This document shows, in pieces, positions 8,066 through 15,925 of a DNA stretch of 32,000 nucleotides. The DNA is from Nostoc punctiforme PCC 73102. GTDB taxonomy: Bacteria; Cyanobacteriota; Cyanobacteriia; Cyanobacteriales; Nostocaceae. The notes beneath the pieces are model-generated. The model was not told where the DNA came from. It did not search any database and was given only the letters and a program-made list of their open reading frames with translations. The stretch's first letter is position 1. Each line of letters begins with the position of its first letter. The position numbers and the translations under genes are program-made. The DNA is taken from assembly GCF_000020025.1 (NCBI RefSeq), contig NC_010628.1:1380001-1412000 (forward strand). The letters are read 5' to 3'.

Positions 8066-8445
8066 CCATCTTTAATCACTCTTGCCCCCATTCAACATAA
8101 CACCACTTTAAATAAGGAAACTTCACGAGCCGATAGCGATGTCGAAGGCGTTCTGCGCCTACGCTATCTATAAACTAATACAAAAGCTATAACAATTCCT
8201 GCCACTGCCGCGACCGTCGTTTTCGATGCTCAAAGAATTCTCCCCAATAATCCTTGCGTTTCTAATCACATCTACAGCAGGTAAAAAGGGAAAACAGGAC
8301 ATTCATTCAGGAAAAAATTATAAAAATGCAAATTAACCGGATTTGCCAGAACCCAATTGAACAAGAGGGCGTACTAAACTTCCTATATATAAAGCTCTGC
8401 ATCAGTTTTTGATATAATTCTGAGTCAAAATAACGACTCCAAAGC

Positions 8446-8473
8446 CGCTCCAGAGGAAACCTGGAGCGTTTTT
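8446..8473 (+). terminator. Orphan intrinsic terminator in a stretch with no ORF of 60 aa or more
   Basis: 8-bp GC-rich stem CGCTCCAG (8446-8453) / CTGGAGCG (8461-8468), loop AGGAAAC, then TTTTT (8469-8473). It lies 380 nt past the nearest upstream stop codon. Confidence 0.55.
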
Positions 8474-8762
8474 CATGGTATAAAAACGCCTATGTTTACC
8501 CCAATCAAAATTGATTGAGTGCTTTTGGCAATTTGGCATCCAAAATTTTTCTATTCCAGTTTTAATTGATATATCAGCAGGGTTACTGGGACATTGAGAA
8601 ACTTCTACAAGGGATCGATTCCCGTCTCAAAAATCCCACCCAATGGCCAGTTGTTGACGCTCAGGCTCTGTAAACTACCTTAAATGGTGGATGCAGTAAA
8701 CAAGCAGAGCAAGCGTCACCGCTTCATCACAACTGGCTAGAAATCAAACAGAAAACACATAG

Positions 8763-9086
8763 TTCGTTAAAGGTTGCTCTCCTAGCTCATCCATTCTTTT
8801 TATGGCATTGCGTAGAGGAGGAGCATTAGGTTCATTAAGCAAGCGTAGCTGAGAATTGTATCGGGCCAGTGATAAGTTAGGCGCACTCACAAATTTGGTT
8901 ACTCAACAGCTAGAGGAATTACTCAACTCATTGAGTGCTGCAAAGGCGTTGAAGCCGAAGTAGATGCAAAGCGGCTTGTCGTCAGACATCGCTCGGCAGA
9001 TTGTTGAAGAAACCCACGGTGGAAAATTGAGTTTTAGCTCGGTTATTGGTGAAGGCATGGAATTTCTCATTGAACTACCTGTGTAA
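8763..9086 (+). pseudogene. Decayed histidine-kinase ATPase domain (HATPase_c) remnant
   Basis: One reading frame gives ...ELYRASDKLGALTNLVTQQLEELLNSLSAAKALKPK*MQSGLSSDIARQIVEETHGGKLSFSSVIGEGMEFLIELPV*. This aligns to the G1 (DNGxG), F and G2 (TKPxGxGTGLGLSISRQIVE) boxes of sensor kinases. The frame has in-frame stops at 8850 and 8961. No H-box or sensor part is recognisable. Confidence 0.6.
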
Positions 9087-9457
9087 AATTTTAAAGTTAT
9101 TTCTTTACAAAGAAATACATATATCTGGCAACACTCAATATAGAAGTTTTAAGAATTTACTAATTGGCAATTTTGCACAAAGACTCTTATAGATAAATTA
9201 GTTTTTTTACCTAATTAATCCGTTTTTCTCGTCTTAATAAAGACATATTAAGTCAAAGATAAACTGATTCAGATTTTCTGAAAAAATGAAAAGTAATTTT
9301 TAGCTAGATATAACTCTGTGCTAAAATTTAAAACATTCAAAATTTCAAAGCTTTAAAACTAAGTTTGACAGGATGTCGTTTGACTATAAGAGCGGCTCAA
9401 CTGACAATTATGGAGGATATTGCACCGAATAAGCCGTTATTGTAGAGGGAACACCAA

Positions 9458-9793
9458 ATGAAAAAAATGATTAAAGTCATATTGTTAGGCATAGCAATCT
9501 TCACCTTTGCCTTCAGTAGCCCAGCTTTTGCAGGAGATGCCGTTAGTGGAGCTAAAGTATTTAGTGCTAATTGTGCTTCTTGTCATGCGGGAGGTAAGAA
9601 TCTGGTTCAAGCAGCAAAAAACCTGAAGAAGGAAGCTTTGGAAAAGTATGGTTTGTACTCAGCAGAGGCAATTATTGCCCAAGTTACAAATGGTAAAAAT
9701 GCTATGCCTGCCTTCGGCAAACGTTTGAAAGCTGACCAAATTGAAAATGTAGCTGCTTACGTGCTTTCACAAGCAGACAAGGGCTGGAAGTAG
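9458..9793 (+). CDS. petJ: Cytochrome c6
   Basis: 111 aa. Signal peptide ending AFA. The mature sequence [25 protein letters not shown]...[19 protein letters not shown]...[13 protein letters not shown] has the CxxCH haem motif and Met ligand context, and is near-identical in pattern to Anabaena cytochrome c6. Confidence 0.9.
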   Translation: MKKMIKVILLGIAIFTFAFSSPAFAGDAVSGAKVFSANCASCHAGGKNLVQAAKNLKKEALEKYGLYSAEAIIAQVTNGKNAMPAFGKRLKADQIENVAAYVLSQADKGWK

Positions 9794-9859
9794 ATTAATA
9801 TCTAATACCATTTCTCTATGAAGATGCGCTTAGAAGATTGACGTAAAACTACAAATTGC

Positions 9860-9883
9860 AGGAGCAATTTATGAATTGCTCCT
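9860..9883 (+). other. Stable hairpin in the petJ 3' region
   Basis: Perfect 10-bp stem AGGAGCAATT / AATTGCTCCT with a 4-nt loop. No T-run follows. Confidence 0.5.
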
Positions 9884-9937
9884 ACGTGAATAAAGTGCAG
9901 TCTCACATAGAATTGGTATAACTTCAAAAATTAACAA

Positions 9938-9966
9938 TTAGCGGGACAAAAAGCCCCGCTAATTTT
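9938..9966 (+). terminator. Rho-independent terminator downstream of petJ
   Basis: Stem TTAGCGGG (9938-9945) / CCCGCTAA (9955-9962), 9-nt loop, then TTTT (9963-9966). Confidence 0.6.
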
Positions 9967-10078
9967 AGGTTTGCCAAAATTGTCAAATAGGATGTTTATA
10001 CCAATTTTGGATTAATAGTCTTGATAAAAAGACTGTTCCAAGAACATCAAACACTATTACCTATCCTAATTTGGTACT

Positions 10079-11002
10079 ATGAGTAATTTATGGCGATTAT
10101 TTATCAGTGTAATTATTGCTTTTTCTCTCACTTTTTTGACTTTATCTGCACATTCAGCACCCGTTTCCATTACCCAAATTACAGCGAGTAATTTTTTGGA
10201 ATTAGGTGTAGATAAGATGCGGCGGGGTAGTTACCAGGAAGCAATAGAGAGTTTTAATCAGGCAATTGAAGTTGAGAAAGATTTTGCTGTAGCTTACAGC
10301 GATCGCTGTCTTGCTTATCTTCAATTACAAGATTACCATCAAGCGATCGCAGATTGTACCCAAGCTATAAATTTTGCACCTAATCACTCTGAGGCTTATC
10401 TGAACCGGGGTTTGGCACTTTACAGACAAGGGGATTATTCCGGTGCCATCGTTGATTATAATCAAGCGATCGCACTTAAACCATCCGATTTTCGAGCTTA
10501 CTACAACCGAGGGTTAGCCTTTGCAGGGGATGGGAAAGACTCGGAGGCAATTCTTGACTTTAATTTAGCTTTAACTCAAATTCCCCGAATTACTAGCTTA
10601 CTGCTTGCAGATATCTACAATGACCGAGGTTTGGCGCATTTTGTCTTACAAGATATCCAAGCAGCGATGCTCGACTTTAATCTAGCAATTCGTCTCAACG
10701 CTAACGATTATAGAGCGTACTTTAACCGGGGTTGTACTTGCGGCCGAAATGGAGATGACTTTGGTGCAGTGCGTGATTTTTCCCACGTCATCAGACTCAA
10801 CCCCAGTAATGCCCAGGCTTACGTTAATCGGGGAGTAGCTCACTATCGCTTAGGATATCATTTAGGAGCTATATCTGATTTACAAAAAGCATCTGAGTAC
10901 TTTTACAATCAAGGAAAGAAAGTTGCCTACGAAAAAACTTTAGATTTACTGAAGAATCTGCGACAACAAATTTCGTCTGCAACGGAAATCGCTCTTTTGT
11001 AA
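10079..11002 (+). CDS. Secreted tetratricopeptide-repeat (TPR) protein
   Basis: 307 aa. N-terminal signal-like hydrophobic segment. At least 6 repeats of the TPR pattern (A.xxY.NRGxAxxxxGDYxxAIxDFNxAIxLxP). Confidence 0.8.
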   Translation: MSNLWRLFISVIIAFSLTFLTLSAHSAPVSITQITASNFLELGVDKMRRGSYQEAIESFNQAIEVEKDFAVAYSDRCLAYLQLQDYHQAIADCTQAINFAPNHSEAYLNRGLALYRQGDYSGAIVDYNQAIALKPSDFRAYYNRGLAFAGDGKDSEAILDFNLALTQIPRITSLLLADIYNDRGLAHFVLQDIQAAMLDFNLAIRLNANDYRAYFNRGCTCGRNGDDFGAVRDFSHVIRLNPSNAQAYVNRGVAHYRLGYHLGAISDLQKASEYFYNQGKKVAYEKTLDLLKNLRQQISSATEIALL

Positions 11003-11013
11003 GACTGTAAAGA

Positions 11014-11664
11014 CTATACAGGGTATCCACCAGCTTGAAAAATCTGTTCTGCGGTTAAATTTAATTCGGGGAAAGTAGGTGAGATAATGCGTTCCCCGCA
11101 GGGGTTGCCGCAGGCATCGCTACCTCGAAACTGGCTGACTTGATATTCTCCCTCAATTAAGATGTAAAGCGAGACAGTTGCTTGTTTGGGGTTGCCAATA
11201 AATCGCCTACCGCCTAAAGCAGCATAGTCTACAATCCAGTATTCTGGTATGCCTACAGCCTCATAGTCAGCAGCTTTTTTTAAATAATCATCACGCCAAT
11301 TGCTACTTACCACCTCAATTACTAAGGGTATTGATTCCGCTTGGCTTACAGTAGATTCTTTTTTCCACAGAGGTTCATTTACCAAATTAGGAAGATTTAA
11401 TATCAGTACATCTGGTGAGTAAGCCGATTCACTTTCAAGCGGTTTTACAAGTACTGTTTTCGGAATGCTATAAGGTAAGTTGATGCGACTATATTCTAGA
11501 ATAAGTTTCTGAACTAAAAATACGATAATCTGTTCATGATCGCCTGTAGGTTGCGGCATCTCTACAATTACTCCATCATGCAATTCATAACGTTTTCCTG
11601 TGTTGTCGGGATATTTAGCAACGAATTCGTCAAATGTAACTAGTTTGCGTAAGGCTTGAATCAT
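11014..11664 (-). CDS. Uma2-family (DUF820) PD-(D/E)xK-like endonuclease
   Basis: 216 aa. RYELHDGVIVEMPQPTGDHEQI, PDVLIL and PLVIEVVSSNW...DYEAVGIPEYWIVDY follow the Uma2 pattern that is abundant in cyanobacteria. Confidence 0.8.
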   Translation of the reverse strand: MIQALRKLVTFDEFVAKYPDNTGKRYELHDGVIVEMPQPTGDHEQIIVFLVQKLILEYSRINLPYSIPKTVLVKPLESESAYSPDVLILNLPNLVNEPLWKKESTVSQAESIPLVIEVVSSNWRDDYLKKAADYEAVGIPEYWIVDYAALGGRRFIGNPKQATVSLYILIEGEYQVSQFRGSDACGNPCGERIISPTFPELNLTAEQIFQAGGYPV

Positions 11665-11899
11665 AAATTATTGCCTTTTATTCTGTTTATGAAGCGTCCA
11701 GTTTTCTTAATGCTAACGTAATTTATAATTAGTACGTAATAGCAAATTATATAGCAATACTGACTCATCTTTGAACAACAATATTCCCAACTTTTTAGAA
11801 AAGTGGGGAATCGAAATCTGTGGAAATATGACAGCGTGTCTTTTGACACGATTTTACTTTTACAGCAAAAATACTACGTGGTGACTATTTTTACTTGGT

Positions 11900-13993
11900 G
11901 TGAAAGAGAACGTGAAAAAAGATTTTTTGTTGCTAACAGTTGCTTTACCGGGTTTACTGATAGCATTTCCTAGCTTTGCTGCTGAGAGTGAAATTGAGCA
12001 GAGAAATACTGATAAATCAACCGAAGTCATTTCCGATATTCAGAGTTTGAGTGAAGTTGAGCTACCCGCCACTAATGCCGAATTATTAACTCAACAATCT
12101 ACACCGAGTGAAGTTAACCCAGAAACTCAGCCAGATTATACAGATGATGCAGACATTTCTATAGAAGCGATCGCAGAACCAGACAACCTACCTCAATCTA
12201 CACCAACATACGTAATTGATAAAGAAGAAATTCAAAAGCAGGGCGCGACAAGTTTAGCGGATATTTTAAAAAGAATGCCTGGTTTTGCAATTAATGATGT
12301 AGGTCACGGTGCAGATATTCACACAGGTACATACTATCGCGGAGCCTCAATTAATCAGTCTGTATTTCTAATTAATGGCAGACCAATTAACAATAATATC
12401 AACACTTATCATGGTGGAACTGACTTAAATAGCATTCCTGTAGAGGCGATTGAACGAGTGGAATTATATAGCGGTACAGCCTCCGCTTTGTATGGTTCTT
12501 CAGCCTTTGGGGGAGTTGTGAATATCATCACCAAAGAAGGTTATGGTAAACCTCAATTGAGCGCTAGTGCAGAATTTGGCTCATTGAGTTTAAATAATCA
12601 ACAAGTAACTTATGGTGGTTCATCCAATAATGTCAAATATAACTTTAGCTTTGAAAGATTCTTTACAGATAACCGTTATCGCGTGCCTGTAGGTGCAGCA
12701 AATCGTGATGAACAGGGATTTTTATCAAATGCAGATACAGCTACAAGTATCTACTTCGGTAGCATTGGACTAGATTTAGATAAAAAAAATTCGTTGAATT
12801 TAGATGTTACCGCACTCAGCAGTCGTCGCGGCTTAATTTATTTTGGTTTTCCTCTGCAAAGAGATAGATTAGACCACGATGGTTTAAACGTTGGCTTATC
12901 TTGGAAAACTCGACTAGGTAATGGGGAAAGTTCTAATCTGACAACTTCAATTGGTTATAACCAAGATTATTTTAGCACTTATGGCCCTACAGGAGCATTT
13001 TACCGTACAGGAGCTTTAGATACACAACAACTGACAGCCAGGGTAGATCATGAGTGGAAAGTTACTTCCAATAATAAATTGCGCTGGGGATTAGATTTGA
13101 AAAACACCGATTTAATTGGTGATGTTTTGAGTACGAATCCTAATAGGATTGCCACTAATGAAACTGAAGATAGGAGTTTGTTTAATACAGCTTTATTTGC
13201 TGTGAATACTTGGAATATTAGTGATGATTTTCTGATAGATTTAGGGCTAAGGCAAAGTTTTGACAGTCAGTTTGGAAATTATCTTAACCCTAGTGTTGGG
13301 TTACGTTATGCCGTCACACCATTAGTAGCAGTGCGTGGAAGTTGGGCAGGAGCGCAACGCAATCCTGGGTTAGATCAGTTGTATGTTTATGATACAGTTC
13401 ATGGTTGGGAACCAAATCCTGATTTAAGACCAGAAACTGGCTCTACTTGGAGTGCGGGAGTAGATGTAAATTTTTCAGATAATCTGATTGGACAGTTTAC
13501 TTACTTTGGTAGTAGTATAGGCGATCGCTTGGGAGTCATCGCCGGCAGATGGGAAAACATTGGACTAGTTGATACCAATGGTTTAGAGGTTGCATTGCAA
13601 TTAAGAATTGCGGCTGGTTGGTCAACTTTCCTCAACTACACTTATACAGATGCTCAAATAAAAACAGGCTCAGAGAGAGGTTTACAGTTAGGTTTGATTC
13701 CCTACTCTGTACTACAAACTGGTTTGGGTTATCAAAATTCAGGTTGGCAGGCTAATTTGTATGTTACCTACAACAGTGGCACTCGCAGAGCCTTCTTTAC
13801 AAACCCTGGTGACACGATTACAGATTTTTCGCCTTCTTTCGTAAATTTAGATTTGAGCGGTCGTGTACCTGTAACTAGCAATGTAGGATTGACGGTTTAC
13901 TTAGAAAATCTCCTCGGTGAGCAATATGAGCGAGTTAATCGCATTTATAGCCCTGGATTTACTTTTCGTGTGGGTTTAAGCGCCAATTTTTAG
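11900..13993 (+). CDS. TonB-dependent outer-membrane receptor
   Basis: 697 aa, GTG start, signal peptide ending FA-AE. Plug-domain motifs (IDKEEIQKQGATSLADILKRMPGF, VFLINGRPIN, IERVELYSGTASALYGSSAFGGVVNIITK). Long beta-barrel ending in aromatic ...GLSANF. Confidence 0.88.
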   Translation: MKENVKKDFLLLTVALPGLLIAFPSFAAESEIEQRNTDKSTEVISDIQSLSEVELPATNAELLTQQSTPSEVNPETQPDYTDDADISIEAIAEPDNLPQSTPTYVIDKEEIQKQGATSLADILKRMPGFAINDVGHGADIHTGTYYRGASINQSVFLINGRPINNNINTYHGGTDLNSIPVEAIERVELYSGTASALYGSSAFGGVVNIITKEGYGKPQLSASAEFGSLSLNNQQVTYGGSSNNVKYNFSFERFFTDNRYRVPVGAANRDEQGFLSNADTATSIYFGSIGLDLDKKNSLNLDVTALSSRRGLIYFGFPLQRDRLDHDGLNVGLSWKTRLGNGESSNLTTSIGYNQDYFSTYGPTGAFYRTGALDTQQLTARVDHEWKVTSNNKLRWGLDLKNTDLIGDVLSTNPNRIATNETEDRSLFNTALFAVNTWNISDDFLIDLGLRQSFDSQFGNYLNPSVGLRYAVTPLVAVRGSWAGAQRNPGLDQLYVYDTVHGWEPNPDLRPETGSTWSAGVDVNFSDNLIGQFTYFGSSIGDRLGVIAGRWENIGLVDTNGLEVALQLRIAAGWSTFLNYTYTDAQIKTGSERGLQLGLIPYSVLQTGLGYQNSGWQANLYVTYNSGTRRAFFTNPGDTITDFSPSFVNLDLSGRVPVTSNVGLTVYLENLLGEQYERVNRIYSPGFTFRVGLSANF

Positions 13994-14005
13994 GTATCTA
14001 TTTTC

Positions 14006-14078
14006 CTCTCTGCGTTCTCTGTGACTCTGCGGTTTAAAAGTTATTTATTGAACCACGGAGGCGCAGAGAACACAGAGA
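14006..14078. repeat. Imperfect inverted repeat of the CTCTCTGCGT..CTCTGTG..GGTT family (hairpin 3' of the receptor gene)
   Basis: TTCTCTGTGACTCTGCGGTT (14015-14034) pairs at 16 of 20 positions with AACCACGGAGGCGCAGAGAA (14051-14070) across an AT-rich loop. A shorter copy of the left arm recurs at 22141-22164. Confidence 0.5.
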
Positions 14079-14172
14079 ATTTGATAGCACCACTATGCAA
14101 CATTGTGCGTTAGGCTAAAGCCGTAATGTACCCTATTTAATATTTACTTTTAATCTAAAATCTAAAATTGCG

Positions 14173-14469
14173 ATGAGAGCTAGAATTGACAATCAAATAC
14201 TTTTTATCTACCACGAAGATTTACCAGAGTTTAAGAAAGGTGGTTCGGTGGTAAGGAATTCTTATTTCTGGGCGTTACGTTCAATTGCTGCTCATGCTTC
14301 GCGTTATCGTGATTGGGAATACGAACCGGAGGTTTGGCTAGCGCTTTCACGAATGCTGTTGTCTTTTGCTGAATCAGGGTATTTGGGTCTTAGAGAAACC
14401 TTACTGGAGTTTCCTTTCTCTCAAGGGGAAATTCCTAGTTTGCTGCGAGATGTGTCTACTTTTGAGTAG
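14173..14469 (+). CDS. Hypothetical protein (no recognisable domain)
   Basis: 98-aa ORF with an ATG start. It is the only sizeable ORF in a 650-bp gap. I recognise no motif and cannot verify coding status. Confidence 0.35.
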   Translation: MRARIDNQILFIYHEDLPEFKKGGSVVRNSYFWALRSIAAHASRYRDWEYEPEVWLALSRMLLSFAESGYLGLRETLLEFPFSQGEIPSLLRDVSTFE

Positions 14470-14651
14470 GGTTGCCGCCGCGAGTAAAGGACGCGAAGCC
14501 TCAAAGTAGGCATTCCCAGTCGGAGGCTGGAAATCAGATAATCTCTCAAAGTTTTCTTGCTTACTAAAAACGTTTAATGGCAAGAGATACTCACCCAACA
14601 GTTGCAATCATAGATGAATATTGTGAAAATATGCGCGATGCAAATAAGTTT

Positions 14652-15122
14652 TCAGATGGGATATTGATACTTCATAAATACTACAAAAGCTTTTAATAAA
14701 CTCTTTCGTAATTGAGACAAGCGGAACTTAGACTTGAGTGATACTGGTAATTCCTCATAGCTGACAGGGATAAAGCCTCTTTGAGCGTAAAAAATTTCTA
14801 ATTGATGTTCTAAACATTTTAAATAAAGCGGTTGAGTAGATTGAGCAATTAAATGCTGTATTAAAAAAGTCCCTAATCCTTGATTTCGGTAAGCTGGTAC
14901 AACAAATAGACTACCAAGCTCTTGTGCAAATTTAAAGTTTCGCAACTGTCCGAAAGCGACTAAAAAGCTATCATGCTCAATAACCAAAAATTGCTGCCAT
15001 TTTAGTTGGGAAGGGTCAAGCCTTCCTCTAATAATAAATAAAAAAACTAACCACATATCAGAAGGTTTCGCTTTGCGAATAATGTACCCATGTGGCAATA
15101 AATAATTATGTATATTATTCAT
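14652..15122 (-). CDS. GNAT-family N-acetyltransferase
   Basis: 156 aa. Acetyl-CoA binding motif A: LFVVPAYRNQGLGTFLIQHLI (R/Q-x-x-G-x-G). Confidence 0.8.
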   Translation of the reverse strand: MNNIHNYLLPHGYIIRKAKPSDMWLVFLFIIRGRLDPSQLKWQQFLVIEHDSFLVAFGQLRNFKFAQELGSLFVVPAYRNQGLGTFLIQHLIAQSTQPLYLKCLEHQLEIFYAQRGFIPVSYEELPVSLKSKFRLSQLRKSLLKAFVVFMKYQYPI

Positions 15123-15520
15123 ATAGTCATGTAATGATACTTTTAATATGCCTTAATGAATTAGAGTTTCAGTCTAGATTATGAATAATCAGTTTTTAAT
15201 AATTACAGCAAATTTCAAGTGAATGAATTACAGCATATAAATCCAATTAAGTGAGGCAGCAATTTCATGGCGGCGCGGCGACAGCATTTGCTTGTTGAGC
15301 GACAGCTTGAATCGCCGTCTCTGTTAAAAGAAGGGTAAAAAGTGTTCGCGATAAGCGAAGCTTAAGCGTTCTCCTACTGTAACTAATATTACATGACTAC
15401 AATAATGCTTGAACTCATCGGGCACTCAAATGAGGTTCAATCCGTCACGACTAGCCATCATGCCCAAACTTTGGTTGAAGTAAGGGCAGTTGTGAGAAGA
15501 CAATTAAAATACACTAGTTA

Positions 15521-15925
15521 GTGGAAGAAGATAACGTGAAAATAGCGATTATTGCTAAAACATTACTTACACCTATATGTTTGTTAGCTTTATTTACCCC
15601 AAGTCAAGCATCGGCTCAACTCATACCGCAACCTTGGGTTTCAGTCGGTGGAAAAGATGGTGATATAACTTATGCTGTAGGCGCTAGAGCTTTAAATTTT
15701 GGGGTTGAGCTAGGAACTGGCCCTGATGGCGCTACGGGAGTAGATGTTTTAAAATTTATCAGTTTGCCTGTCATCTCACCTTATGTAGGAGTTGGACTTT
15801 ACTCAGAAGATAAAGGTGTTGCAGTTTCCGGTGGTGTTCAGGTAGGTGCTACTGATAACGTTTTTGTTGGTGCTGGTTACAATTCTATTCGTGGCTTTAA
15901 CGGGCAACTGGGAATCAGATTTTAA
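15521..15925 (+). CDS. Small secreted Gly-rich beta-strand protein (possible small outer-membrane protein)
   Basis: Signal peptide (KIAIIAKTLLTPICLLALFTPSQASA-Q), more plausible from the internal GTG at 15536. Alternating Gly/hydrophobic strands and a C-terminal ...QLGIRF (terminal Phe, as in OM beta-barrels). Confidence 0.5.
   Translation: MEEDNVKIAIIAKTLLTPICLLALFTPSQASAQLIPQPWVSVGGKDGDITYAVGARALNFGVELGTGPDGATGVDVLKFISLPVISPYVGVGLYSEDKGVAVSGGVQVGATDNVFVGAGYNSIRGFNGQLGIRF

Noticed and set aside
8190-8215. GCCACTG heptamer (8201-8207) reminiscent of a conserved cobalamin-riboswitch segment.
   Set aside because: It is an isolated 7-mer without the surrounding conserved helices or B12 box, and no downstream gene is present.
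11661-11849. 62-aa minus-strand ORF upstream of the Uma2 gene, and 14401-14607(-), 20774-20965(+), 20383-20729(+).
   Set aside because: These are AT-rich promoter-region or antisense translations with Cys/Tyr/Ile-rich or low-complexity sequence. They overlap better-supported genes or lack any motif.
11665-11899. Cobalamin riboswitch or Fur box upstream of the TonB-dependent receptor.
   Set aside because: I could recognise no B12-box or conserved riboswitch core. The region is AT-rich with partial palindromes around TACGTAAT, but nothing I can align to a Fur consensus with confidence.
15124-15399. Possible MITE. A 12-bp perfect inverted repeat TAGTCATGTAAT (15124-15135) / ATTACATGACTA (15388-15399) could be read as GTCATGTAAT termini flanked by TA on both sides, directly upstream of the GNAT start codon.
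   Set aside because: A 12-bp inverted match within 300 bp is expected about 0.5 times by chance in 32 kb (roughly 9.6 million position pairs against 4^12). Similarity decays immediately inside the arms, and no second copy is visible in the window. A genome-wide copy search would be needed.
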